From the NCBI GenBank assembly GCA_965262115.1, contig OZ253496.1, positions 2,592,001 through 2,656,000 on the forward strand: 64,000 bases of DNA, read 5' to 3'. How positions within the stretch are numbered: position 1 is the stretch's first letter; each line of letters starts with the position of its first letter. The notes under the pieces were generated by a model. That model did no database searches. It was not told the origin of the DNA and saw nothing but the letters and a program-made list of their open reading frames with translations. A program made the position numbers and the translations under genes. Origin of the DNA: Nitrospinales bacterium (GTDB lineage: Bacteria > Nitrospinota > Nitrospinia > Nitrospinales > VA-1). This document shows positions 1 to 9,999 of this stretch, in pieces.

Positions 1-18
1 TCCCCCTTCTCAGGGGGA
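1..18. repeat. REP-like GC-rich palindrome, truncated at the window edge
   Basis: TCCCCCT-TCTC-AGGGGGA hairpin; similar hairpins at ~8461, ~10603 and ~55334. Confidence 0.5.
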
Positions 19-123
19 ATTATTGAAAAATCACATCCAGAAGTCTATTCGCAATTGTTCGCTCCAAAATGTTCTGACCTGTTTCCTCAAGGCGTAGCCT
101 TGTTGTCACCGGCGGTTCGCCGG

Positions 124-1659
124 TTAGAACCAACTTTCTCTATCTAAAGAACGATATTGGATGGCTTCAGCGACGTGTTCTGACTGTACCGATTCGCACT
201 CTGCCAGGTCGGCGATGGTGCGGGCGACTTTTAAGATGCGGTCGTGCGCCCGGGCACTGAGTCCCAGTTTATCAATAGCCATGGCCATAATCTTCTTTGA
301 TGCCTCATCGAGTTGGCAATGAGATTTCAGTTGATGTGCGTTCATGTTGGCGTTGAAATTGTTTTCTTCACTTTGATGAAAACGTTTTAACTGGACACTG
401 CGTGCCTGTTCAACTCTGATCGAAATGGTTTTTGATAGTTCGCCTCCGGATTCGGATGAAAGGTCTTTGTACTCCAATGCCGGCACTTCGATATGGAGAT
501 CGATGCGGTCGAGCAGGGGACCCGATATTTTTCCGACATATTTTTTGATCATCATCGGTGTGCAACCACATTCGCGTTTCGGGTCGAACCGGTATCCGCA
601 TGGGCAGGGATTCATCGCTGCTACCAGCATCAGGTTCGCCGGGTAGGTGATGGAACCGGCGGCGCGGGAGATGGAGACTTCTTCTTCTTCCAGAGGTTGG
701 CGCAGGACTTCGAGCACATTCCTTTTAAATTCAGGAAGATCATCGAGAAACAACACGCCGTTATGCGCCATCGACACTTCACCCGGCATAGGCACTCGTC
801 CACCGCCGATCAACCCGGCATCGGAGATGGTGTGATGCGGGGACCGAAAAGGGCGTTGCTTTAAGAGTCCGCGCTCGTTTTTTAATTGACCGAGCACACT
901 ATGGATTTTTGTGCTTGTGATGGCTTCTCCCTGGGTCATGGAAGGCAGAATGGTCGGGATGCGTTTTGCCAGCATGGATTTTCCGGAACCGGGGGGTCCG
1001 ATAAGCAAAATATTATGTCCGCCTGAGGCGGCGATCTCCAATGCGCGTTTGACGTGGTGCTGGCCCTTGACATCGGTGAAATCTAATTCATATTCGTTCG
1101 AGTTGGGATTTTCAGTTTGGGGCTCGGGGGTCGCTGGCTGAAGCTCAAGCTTCCCGCACAAAAATTCCAGGGCCTGGGGCAGGGTTTCTATCTGGTAAAT
1201 GGGGATGCCTTCGATCACCGAAACTTCGGCAGCGTTTTGCGCTGGCAAAAGAACGCCTTCCATGCCGTTTTCACGAGCCATGGCGGTGATGGAGAGTCCG
1301 CCGCGAATGGGTTTGACCCTGCCGTCGAGAGACAGCTCGCCGAGAATCAGCAGTTTTTTCAGCCGGTCGTTTTCGATCATTCCGCTAGCCGAAAGAATTC
1401 CCAAGGCGATGGGGAGGTCGAATGCTGAACCTTCTTTGCGGATATCGGCAGGAGCAAGGTTGACGGTGATTTTTCGTACCGGCAGGGCTAACTGGATGTT
1501 GCGAATGGCGGCGGTGACCCGGTCACTGCTTTCCTTGACCGCTGCATCGGGCAGGCCAACGATGGACATGCCCGGCAGACCCTGTGAAAGATTGACTTCG
1601 ACCTCGACAGGGTAACCGTCTATGCCCAGAACTGCTCCACTGTGAACGAGTGCGACCAA
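124..1659 (-). CDS. comM: YifB/ComM family Mg-chelatase-like AAA+ ATPase
   Basis: VGLPDAAVKES, ITVNLAPADIRKEG, Walker [30 protein letters not shown]. Confidence 0.93.
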   Translation of the reverse strand: MVALVHSGAVLGIDGYPVEVEVNLSQGLPGMSIVGLPDAAVKESSDRVTAAIRNIQLALPVRKITVNLAPADIRKEGSAFDLPIALGILSASGMIENDRLKKLLILGELSLDGRVKPIRGGLSITAMARENGMEGVLLPAQNAAEVSVIEGIPIYQIETLPQALEFLCGKLELQPATPEPQTENPNSNEYELDFTDVKGQHHVKRALEIAASGGHNILLIGPPGSGKSMLAKRIPTILPSMTQGEAITSTKIHSVLGQLKNERGLLKQRPFRSPHHTISDAGLIGGGRVPMPGEVSMAHNGVLFLDDLPEFKRNVLEVLRQPLEEEEVSISRAAGSITYPANLMLVAAMNPCPCGYRFDPKRECGCTPMMIKKYVGKISGPLLDRIDLHIEVPALEYKDLSSESGGELSKTISIRVEQARSVQLKRFHQSEENNFNANMNAHQLKSHCQLDEASKKIMAMAIDKLGLSARAHDRILKVARTIADLAECESVQSEHVAEAIQYRSLDRESWF

Positions 1660-1812
1660 ATTCCCTCCAACCCGATTTGATGGTTTGTCGCGGCTAGCAC
1701 CCCGTTTTGGTATGCCGATTAATGGCTCAACCTACACGAGTCGTCCGATTCGGTCAAGCCTGCAAGTCGTGGTTTGTTTTTTTTGGAGGTTCACGGGTTC
1801 CGAGGATGGAGT

Positions 1813-2627
1813 TTAAGAACCCTCAATATCCTTGGCTTTCTTAAAATGGTGGGCGGCTTCTTCTAATTTACCTATTACAGACAGGGCGGTGCCCAGGTTG
1901 AAATGCGCATCGGCGTAATCAGGCTTAATTTCCAGAGCGGGTTTATATGAAACCTTTGCTTGCTCTAAATTATTTTTAGCATGAAGAGCTACGCCCAGGT
2001 TGTTGTAAGTCAGGGCAAATGGGGGAGGTGTCTGCATTTTGTCGTAAACTTCAATAGCATGTTTGAAGAGGGTGATGCTGTCTTTCCAGTGGCTGACCTG
2101 TTGCCAGGTAAGGACCATGAGTGTTGGTATCAGCAATCCGGATGCAACGGACAGGAGTAAATTTCTATAAGGAAGCTTTTTCAAAAGTTCTGGTACTCCC
2201 CATCCGATGGCAATAAAAATTCCAACTAGAGGTACATACATATATCGATCTGCCATGGCCTGGATTCCCACCTGCACAATCCCGATCACGGGAATCAGGG
2301 TTCCTAAGTACCCGAACCATTTTACGGCGAGATAAGGTGCCTGACGCATAACACGAATAACAGAGTAGGTTAGGCATGCTAATACCACAGCACACACCCA
2401 TCCATTCCAAATACTTAATGTGTTTCCTGGGTGAGGATATAGAACAGAGAGTCCCTTTGGCCGCATCATCTTTTCCAAATACTCAAGGTAAGAAACCATG
2501 GCATTTACGAACCGGACCTGCATAGGGTATGTCTCTAAAGAAAAAACTGCCCCGCCTCCTTTTTGGGCCTGGAAAGTTGTAACGCTTGATACAGTGCGAG
2601 GAAAAATAAGGGGGCTTTTTCCCAGAT
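1813..2627 (-). pseudogene. 5'-truncated, frameshifted TMTC-like membrane protein with C-terminal TPRs
   Basis: ORF 1813-2523 has QAMADRYMYVP and TPRs (YNNLG, AHFNLG); an upstream out-of-frame segment LIWEKSPLFF matches the family; no N-terminal half. Confidence 0.7.
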
Positions 2628-3048
2628 AAGACTGCGGTTCGGCAACTGGATTCCATCCTCTCGGCTCCGGAAGCGAAATTTATTGACGAGATCACCATTG
2701 GTTGCAGTGACCTGTCTGAGTCCATGAAGAAACCGAAATGGGACGCAAGTTTCATGGCTCAGGTGGTGAAAGTGGTAAAAAAAAATTCAAGACAAAAACA
2801 TTCCCGTTTCGGTGGGAGGGGGTATCACTCCCGAAACCATTGATGGATATCTGAAAAGAGTCCAGCCTGATAATTTCAACACCCGGGTTGTCACATTCAA
2901 AGTGGAACCGGGCCGCAATTACTGTGAAGCGGTTCAATCAGCGTTACGCTTTGAGATCCTCATGCTTAAGCACGATTCATCCCTCAAATTCATCTCCCGC
3001 GATGAAGAAAAGTTCCGCATCAAAGAGCTGAAAAAGCGCTTGAAATAA
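2625..3048 (+). pseudogene. 5'-truncated HpcH/HpaI aldolase/citrate-lyase-family remnant
   Basis: KTAVRQLDSIL..ITIGCSDLSES, frameshift in the A-run at ~2776-2784, then VSVGGGITP..FNTRVVTF; no start codon or N-terminus. Confidence 0.55.
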
Positions 3049-3119
3049 GCTTTTTCAAAGCTCTAAAACCCCAAAATTTCTTTTCCCCTTTTGCCGGTAA
3101 GTATTCATTCAGGATGTTA

Positions 3120-3147
3120 TTGACAAAATACTGAAATGTCTTACAAT
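3120..3147 (+). promoter_or_regulatory. sigma70-type promoter of aclBA
   Basis: TTGACA-16 nt-TACAAT, about 140 nt upstream of aclB. Confidence 0.55.
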
Positions 3148-3290
3148 ACTGCCTCGTACTACCATGAACTTAAGCAAATATATGGATTTAGCCGGATTCC
3201 AGTCTGATGGAATTCTATAAGTAATTGATTATTTTAGACTCTCACACCCAAAACCCATTTTAATTTTTATTTAGAAGGCAGGAGAAAACG

Positions 3291-4559
3291 ATGCAGTTAA
3301 CTGGCATGCTTTGGGGGCGTAAATTGTTGGACCTCGTAGAATTCCCCCACTCAGAAGTTCGGGGTCCTGAACTAAGTGTCGATGAAATCAAAGAAATGAT
3401 AAAACGGCACGGTCAGGTTTTTATCAAGCCTTTGTTTAAAGGCGGGGTCGGTAAAAAAGGGAAGGCCGGTTTTCTGGGCCGGGTCGACAACATCACCGAT
3501 GCCCTGAAAGAAAAAGAACGTCTTTATTTTGTAGAACACGTGGATGGATTCCACAAGGCAAAGTCCGACGGCGTCACCTATGAAGGAGCGGTGCCTGCTG
3601 AATACGAAATCTATTTTTCCATTTCCGAAAGCACGGAGCATCGTTGTCCTGTGATGACCATCACCCATCATGGTGGGGTCGAAATCGAAGAACTGGGTGA
3701 GGATAAACTTAAAGTGGTGCCGTTTGATGCCTTGACCGGACTGAAAGCTTTTCATGTCTCCAACGCATTGATGGAACTAGGTGCCCCTCCTGCGGTGATC
3801 AGCCCGCTGGTGCAGAACCTTCCCAAGCTTTGGGACCTTTATAACAACTATGGCATGTTGATGCTGGAGCTCAATCCCATCCGCATGCAACCGGGTAAAG
3901 GCGGACGTCTGGCTCCGATCGCTTGTGATTTTAAATGTGCCTTCGATCTCGATGATCCGGCTTGGAAACGTCTGCACCTTCCAGCACATTTGTTCGCTTC
4001 CGACTACTCTGAGTTCGAGCAGGAGATCAACCAGCTTCGGACCTATCAGGGCCAAAGTGACGTATTTGTCATGAATGATAAGGGGACCATCACTGCGCCG
4101 ACGTTCGGCGGCGGTGCCAACGCCATGGTCACAGAACTTCTGGGTGAAGACGCAACGATCTCCTCCGACTTTGGTGGTAACCCCCCTTATGAAAAAATGC
4201 ACGATATTTCCAGGACCAGTTTCAAATACTGGTTGCCACAATCCAATGTGCTGTTCATCATCGGTGGCAAAGCCAATAATACAGATATCTATGAAACGTT
4301 CCGAGCCATGGGTGACGGGTTGCGTGATTTCTTCCAGACCCACGGGCCGATTCCTCTGTTTGTCGTAGTAGGTAGGGGTGGACCCAATGTCATTCGCGGG
4401 ATGAACTATTTGCGGGAAATTCTCGACTCATTAGGAATTCCGTACCGTTTCTTCGGACACGACAGCGCCATGTCCGAGGTGATCAATTACGCTCTGGCGA
4501 TCAACGAGTGGATGAAGAACGGTGGCAAGGACGAAATTAAAGCAAAACTTAAAATATAG
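3291..4559 (+). CDS. aclB: ATP citrate lyase beta subunit (ATP-grasp)
   Basis: VGKKGKAG, ELNP, FGGGAN, DFGGNP, IIGGKANNTDI, VGRGGPN; AGGAG RBS. Confidence 0.9.
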   Translation: MQLTGMLWGRKLLDLVEFPHSEVRGPELSVDEIKEMIKRHGQVFIKPLFKGGVGKKGKAGFLGRVDNITDALKEKERLYFVEHVDGFHKAKSDGVTYEGAVPAEYEIYFSISESTEHRCPVMTITHHGGVEIEELGEDKLKVVPFDALTGLKAFHVSNALMELGAPPAVISPLVQNLPKLWDLYNNYGMLMLELNPIRMQPGKGGRLAPIACDFKCAFDLDDPAWKRLHLPAHLFASDYSEFEQEINQLRTYQGQSDVFVMNDKGTITAPTFGGGANAMVTELLGEDATISSDFGGNPPYEKMHDISRTSFKYWLPQSNVLFIIGGKANNTDIYETFRAMGDGLRDFFQTHGPIPLFVVVGRGGPNVIRGMNYLREILDSLGIPYRFFGHDSAMSEVINYALAINEWMKNGGKDEIKAKLKI

Positions 4560-4617
4560 GGTCTCCAAGGCTCTCTTAAAAATATCAATTACAAGCGTTT
4601 TCTGTTTGGAGGTTTGA

Positions 4618-7332
4618 ATGCATAAGCAAGGCGTGGGAGATTTTCCCTTTTACTGTGGCATCAATTCCTTGTCTGAACTGGCGGTCAAAGAAGACAGGGT
4701 TGTTGTCTTAAACATTCTGGGCAAAGAAAGTTCAGGAGTAACCCCTATCAGCAACGATTATTCTGGTGGCAATATTGTGTTCGGCACCGGACCGGGTAAA
4801 TCTGGTAAATCCTTGACAACCAAATCGGGGAAAATTCCGGTTTACAACTCTATTAGAGAAGGTCTTGATGCGGGACATAAATTCAATACGGTAGTAGTCT
4901 ATTTGCCGCCTTCTGGCGTAAAAGATGGGATCGCCGAAGCGGTGCGCGAAAATCCGGATTTAACAAAAGCCATCATTCTAACCGAGAAAGTGTCGGTCAA
5001 AGATTCCCGTATTATGCGCGCTATTTGTCAAGCCAACGGCGTTGACTTGTTTGGCGGCAATTGCCTCGGGCTTGCAGATGCCTGGAACCACATTCGCCTT
5101 GGCGGTGCGCTGGGAGGCAACGCTCCCGAAGAGTCTCTGGTCAAGGGAACGGTGGCTCTGTTCTCCAATTCCGGTAACTTCACCACCACCATCGCAGTTT
5201 ATCTGACTACGGCGGGGTGGGGCACCACCACTTCTGTTTCCAGCGGTAAGGATGTTTATATCCAATATGGCGCGAAAGAGTTTTTGCATGCCTTTGATAA
5301 TGACGATCGCTCAAAAGTGGCAGTTATGTACAGTGAGCCGGGTGGATATTATGAATACGGTCTCAAATCAAAAAAACCCATTGTCGCCTGTGTGGTTGGG
5401 CGCTGGAAAGCCAGATTGACCAAAGCCTGTGGTCACGCTGGGTCGCTGGCGGGTTCCGGAGATGATGCCCTGGCCAAGGAACAGTGGTTCATGGATTATT
5501 TTGGCGTGGATGGGATTTACACCCCACAAAAACCTATCTTATCCAAAAAAGGTGCTTTGGTGACCAATATCGCGCATATTCCTGAGGCCGTAAGCAAAGT
5601 CATGGAGCTTAACGGGCAAAAGCCTGACTTTGAACCTAAAGGAAGCCTGGACTTGAAAAGTTGGTTTGGCAATAATCAGGGCTTGTCATTACCGCCTGAA
5701 CTGGATGTTCCGGTTGTTGAGGCAGCCGAACCTTATAACCAGCAGATTGAAGCTCTGAACAAAATGGTCGGTGCCCAGTATCGGCGGGAAACTCTCAAGG
5801 ATGCCAGCGGCGCTTCCATGATGGACCCGAAAACCCAGGTTTCAAAAATCCATGGCACATCGATTCTCGATGCTTCGGTGAAAACCTTTGAAGCTAATCT
5901 GGTGTTCGCGTTGACCCGGGTTTATACATGTGAATATGGCGAAAAGATTGCCAACATCGTGCTGAACATGTATGTCCATCAGCATGGTCAGCCGACCCTG
6001 GCTGCCGCTGAAGCGGCAAGGGAAAACGGCAACTCCCCCAATACAGTGGTGGCTTCGGCGGTTGCTATCTGCGGTAAAAAAATGGTTCAAAAAGCCATGG
6101 ACGCTTCCAGCGCGCTTCTGGAATTGTTCCAGTACACCAAGATGAACGACCCGCGCGAGAAGTTCGATTATGCCGACCAGTTGAAAGAAGCCGAAAAATA
6201 TAAAGACGTGCTCCTTGCAGATGGAGAAGATGCTTGCGCTAAAAAGCTGGCCGATTGTCTCAATAAAGCCGGTTACTCTGTTTTTGTCCAGTTTGTGCAG
6301 GACTTTGCAGAAGCCAACGGCGGCAAGCTTTCCACCGATGCGTTGTTCGCCGCTGTATGGACAACCTTGGGATGGCATGCCCTGCGGACCAAAAAGATTT
6401 CCAAAAACACCCTTGTGCGCATGCCCTGGTATTCACGCATCTACAGCACCATTGTAGGTGTTTCCGCGCCAGCATCCCGGCACGGCGAAGACAGCATTGC
6501 TGGAGTGAAACTGGAAGAGTTGATTCCCAACTACAGTTTCACCAAAACGGCGTTCGTCACGCTTCTGGGTCGTCAGCCTTCCGAATCGGAGCTCTATGAG
6601 TTCCAGGTTTTGCTTGGACTCATCATCACCAACGGACCGGGTACCATCTCGGCACAGGGTTCCAAAGGCGCGGTCAGTGCGGATGGACCGGAACAGCCGC
6701 AACGGGTTCAGGTGAATAAAGCCTTTATCGGGTTTCTCACCCATACAGGGTTCGCTCATGGCGGAAACGGTTACGAGGCCGCGGCCTTCCTGCTTGAAAA
6801 CTTTAAAGGCAAAGGTCTTAAAAGTGCTGCCGATACAGGGCATGGACTCGACCTCGATGCCATGGCCATGGAAGTGGCGAACAACTACGCAGATTATAAA
6901 AAGAAACAGAAAGCCATTGGCAATCTCGATTATGCCAAATTGCCCTGTATCAACCATCCGATCTTCAAGGGGAAAGATGTGAACTACGATCCCCGCGAAG
7001 TTTTTGTGCGGGACCTCTTTAAAGAAAAGGGCATCAACAATATCTTTCTTGATTTCTACCACAGTCTTGTTGAGTCTCTCTTCAAGACCAAGGTCAGTAA
7101 AAATGTTTACTGCGTTAATATTGATGTGGTCATCGCTGTTATCCTGCTCAAGGTTGTCTGGGCTGATTTCAATGAAGGCAAGATGAAAGAAGAGGATATC
7201 GAGTCCGCCAGCTTTGCCACCTTCCTGTTCGGCAGGATGATCGGTTGCGCTGCGGAAATTGATGACCACACTTCACGCGGTAAAAATATGGATACCCGCA
7301 CCCCGGCCAGTAAATGCAGTTACGTGGGGTGA
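4618..7332 (+). CDS. aclA: ATP citrate lyase alpha subunit, long form (CoA-binding, phospho-His and citrate-synthase-like domains)
   Basis: SucD-like N-terminus (YLPP, GGNCLG, SNSGN, GHAGS) plus C-terminal GFAHGG, PCINHP, VNID. Confidence 0.9.
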   Translation: MHKQGVGDFPFYCGINSLSELAVKEDRVVVLNILGKESSGVTPISNDYSGGNIVFGTGPGKSGKSLTTKSGKIPVYNSIREGLDAGHKFNTVVVYLPPSGVKDGIAEAVRENPDLTKAIILTEKVSVKDSRIMRAICQANGVDLFGGNCLGLADAWNHIRLGGALGGNAPEESLVKGTVALFSNSGNFTTTIAVYLTTAGWGTTTSVSSGKDVYIQYGAKEFLHAFDNDDRSKVAVMYSEPGGYYEYGLKSKKPIVACVVGRWKARLTKACGHAGSLAGSGDDALAKEQWFMDYFGVDGIYTPQKPILSKKGALVTNIAHIPEAVSKVMELNGQKPDFEPKGSLDLKSWFGNNQGLSLPPELDVPVVEAAEPYNQQIEALNKMVGAQYRRETLKDASGASMMDPKTQVSKIHGTSILDASVKTFEANLVFALTRVYTCEYGEKIANIVLNMYVHQHGQPTLAAAEAARENGNSPNTVVASAVAICGKKMVQKAMDASSALLELFQYTKMNDPREKFDYADQLKEAEKYKDVLLADGEDACAKKLADCLNKAGYSVFVQFVQDFAEANGGKLSTDALFAAVWTTLGWHALRTKKISKNTLVRMPWYSRIYSTIVGVSAPASRHGEDSIAGVKLEELIPNYSFTKTAFVTLLGRQPSESELYEFQVLLGLIITNGPGTISAQGSKGAVSADGPEQPQRVQVNKAFIGFLTHTGFAHGGNGYEAAAFLLENFKGKGLKSAADTGHGLDLDAMAMEVANNYADYKKKQKAIGNLDYAKLPCINHPIFKGKDVNYDPREVFVRDLFKEKGINNIFLDFYHSLVESLFKTKVSKNVYCVNIDVVIAVILLKVVWADFNEGKMKEEDIESASFATFLFGRMIGCAAEIDDHTSRGKNMDTRTPASKCSYVG

Positions 7333-7402
7333 CACTTTTCATTTGCCCCTGAAATAACGGTAGTTAGTAAGGGGCGGTGATGGAATAAAAATTATATGCA
7401 CT

Positions 7403-7443
7403 AAAAGCCTTTACCCATTATGGGTAGAGGCTTTTTGTTTTTT
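7403..7443 (+). terminator. Rho-independent terminator after aclA
   Basis: AAAAGCCTTTACCC-ATTAT-GGGTAGAGGCTTTT followed by a T-tract. Confidence 0.7.
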
Positions 7444-7667
7444 ATAAAAGCTGTGGTAAATTTTATAGCGTGATGATCGAACCGAACGACGAATACCGGA
7501 TGGGTGCTCAGAACCTGGTTCAAGGTGATGGGCCGAAGAAAGACAGCTGATAGTCCGGCTATGGAAATGGATAATACCCTGAACTTTACCAACACTCCTG
7601 TAGATTCTTTTTGTAGATTTTATATTCCGCAGATATAGTTATCGCTAATTCCCCATAGAGGAAATCC

Positions 7668-8402
7668 ATGCAAGCGCAACCGGGGGTGTTGAGTCCCCCA
7701 AAAAAACATTCGCTGATTCAGGTTTATAATTTTAAAGACCTGCCGTTGATCACCATGAACGTGGCGCGGATCGGTGCCCAGACTCCCGGTATGGCCTCCG
7801 AAATTGCGGGTAAGGAAAAGCATTTTGCCGTGGTCGGATTCGGGCCCATGGCCTGGATCTGGCTCACGCCGGATAAACCAGTGCCCGGCGGGTTTCGTGT
7901 TTTTGATGAAACCGAAATAGATGGGGAAGACGTCCCCGAAACCGAAGGCGATATCCTGCTTTATTTTTCTTCCGACCGGGCAGATTTAAATCGGGAAATA
8001 GCCAATCAGGTCCGCGAACTATTTGGCAACGATGGGGAACTAGTTGAAGAAGTTTTGCTGGAAAATTTTGATCGGACGAATGACACACAAAACATTCTCA
8101 TAGGTAGATCTACCAACCTTGATACCGAGAAGAGCAGTTTTGTTTTCACCCAGCGGTTTCAGGGTGAGGAGGACATTCCTTCAAAACACTATCAAAACAG
8201 TTTTCCCTGCAAGACCGACCGTTACACCATGACCTACAGCAATAACCCGTCTGAGTTGGAAGCGCATGGAGAATCGGTTTCCCGTCCCCCGGTTTCGCGC
8301 AGGATATTTTTCATTCCCTCCCTCGATTTGTTGACCAGTCTAAGGATGGGTGGCATCCGCATGGGCTCCCTCGCCATCAACGCCAAATGGAAAGGCCACT
8401 AG
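7668..8402 (+). CDS. Degenerate Dyp-type peroxidase-like protein with possible encapsulin-targeting C-terminus
   Basis: DyP-like segments QPGVLS, VVGFG, PETEGDILLYFSSDR, SSFVFTQRF, FFIPSLDLL; no GxxDG motif; tail GGIRMGSLA. Confidence 0.6.
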   Translation: MQAQPGVLSPPKKHSLIQVYNFKDLPLITMNVARIGAQTPGMASEIAGKEKHFAVVGFGPMAWIWLTPDKPVPGGFRVFDETEIDGEDVPETEGDILLYFSSDRADLNREIANQVRELFGNDGELVEEVLLENFDRTNDTQNILIGRSTNLDTEKSSFVFTQRFQGEEDIPSKHYQNSFPCKTDRYTMTYSNNPSELEAHGESVSRPPVSRRIFFIPSLDLLTSLRMGGIRMGSLAINAKWKGH

Positions 8403-8460
8403 CGTGGCAGGCAAATAACGGTAGGCGGTCGCTATGCTCCCGATCTGCAAAAAAATAATT

Positions 8461-8492
8461 CCTCCCCTGATAAGGGGAGGTTAGGAGGGGTT
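8461..8492. repeat. REP-like palindrome
   Basis: CCTCCCCT-GATA-AGGGGAGG followed by TTAGGAGGGGTT. Confidence 0.65.
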
Positions 8493-8644
8493 GGGTGGTT
8501 TGGTTCCCGTTTTTCTCACTTCAGTCTAAACTCTTTTTCGATTGACCAAATTATTTGAAAGTGGCAATATCTGAGCCAAGTCGGGTCAAAATTTTATTAC
8601 AGTAGGGTTGTCCGTTTCTGAGCCCATAATCTTGGAGGTTTCGT

Positions 8645-9232
8645 ATGGCTGGTATTCCCACCGTTACAAGCAAGAGGATCGCTTCTGTTGTTCCTAAATT
8701 TAAGAAGGTGCTAGAGCAAGCGCGTGAACGGGAATTGTGAACGAATCGGATAATGTGGCAAATTTATCGAGTGACCCTGGAGGATCGGGTCGAGTGCACA
8801 AAGTTGATCGAGTTTGATTTCACCACACTCAATCTGCGCAAGAAAGACGAACAAGAAATGCTGTTTTTGTTGTGCAAGCGAGGTGTTCAAAAAGACTTGT
8901 TTGATGAATTCTATGAATATCGCCAAAAAGTGAATCATTACACTGTAGGTGCGGTTTTACTGACAGAACCTGTAATTAGCGTAATTCGTCGTGAAATTCG
9001 AAAAATCAAGGACGGGCTGAAAGTAAGTAATGAAGAAATCGAAGAACTCATCTCTAATGAAGTGCTCAAGCGTGACCTGTTAGAAAGTGAAGCCGCAAAG
9101 GAAGCCCAGAAAAATATTCAGAAGTTACTGAAGAAACGCCTCAAGTCGAAACCCAAACCTTCTCAACCATCGAGTTCCGAGGCTATCAAGCCGCCGGAAG
9201 AAACTTGCCAGGAGCAAAGTTCTAGCGACTAG
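8645..9232 (+). pseudogene. HsdR_N-like (type I restriction subunit R N-terminal family) nuclease with internal deletion
   Basis: GGAGG RBS then MAGIPT..KFKKVLEQARER; out-of-frame VNESD joined directly to WQIYRV..LFLLCK..IRREIRK; central nuclease motifs absent. Confidence 0.65.
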
Positions 9233-9488
9233 CTATGCGCTAATAAAGCATTGCAAATTATCTGCTTAGCTGGCCCTGTTGTATTCCCTCTTTAGATTTC
9301 ATCCCCCCTGACCCCCGGAGAGGTTACACGCTTAGTGGATTAAATATTACATGTGGCTTGTTCGTTCATACTTTCGAGCCGGTGGACGAGGATGCCGCCC
9401 CTGGCAAATAGTCTGTGAACGGTGGTTGTTTTGTAGCGATAATTGCAATAAAATAAGCAGACTCTATATTTTGGAGAGGGGAAGCCTC

Positions 9489-9704
9489 ATGCGTAACGAG
9501 TTCACCGCAGTTTTTGAAAAAGAAGAGGACTGGTTCATCGCATATTGCCCTGAAGTTCCGGGGGCGAATGGGCAGGGGAAAACCTTGGAGGACTGCCGAC
9601 AGAGTTTGGCGGATGCCATTTCCCTGATTCTTGAAGACCGGCGCGAAGAAGGTTTGCAGGGAGTTCCTGATGATGCCATTCGTGGCATTGTCAGTATTCC
9701 ATGA
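9489..9704 (+). CDS. hicB: HicB family antitoxin (short, no DNA-binding domain)
   Basis: FTAVFEKEEDWFIAYCPEVPGANGQGKTLE; start re-assigned to ATG 9489 after GGAGAGGGG. Confidence 0.88.
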   Translation: MRNEFTAVFEKEEDWFIAYCPEVPGANGQGKTLEDCRQSLADAISLILEDRREEGLQGVPDDAIRGIVSIP

Positions 9705-9886
9705 AGCGGAACCAGCTTCTGAAACATTTACGCAGACAAGGTTGCCATCTTAAAAGGGAAGGTGCTTCTCATTCTCTTTGGACAAATCCCCAAACGGGTC
9801 AGGTCGAAACCGTTCCAAGACACACCGAAATTCCTGATCGTCTAGCCAAAAAAATTTGCAAGGGCTTGGGCATTCCTGAAATTTAA
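9701..9886 (+). CDS. hicA: HicA family mRNA interferase toxin
   Basis: REGASHSLW, VPRHTEI, ICKGLGI; ATGA overlap with hicB. Confidence 0.9.
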   Translation: MKRNQLLKHLRRQGCHLKREGASHSLWTNPQTGQVETVPRHTEIPDRLAKKICKGLGIPEI

Positions 9887-9999
9887 ACCCCTAAAACCTA
9901 TCAAGGCAAGCTTGGGCTAAGCTCCGACATGCAACCTGCGTTTGGTCTTACAGTTCGCGGAGCGTCGGCCAAAATTTACGCGTGGCGGTGTGCCATCCA

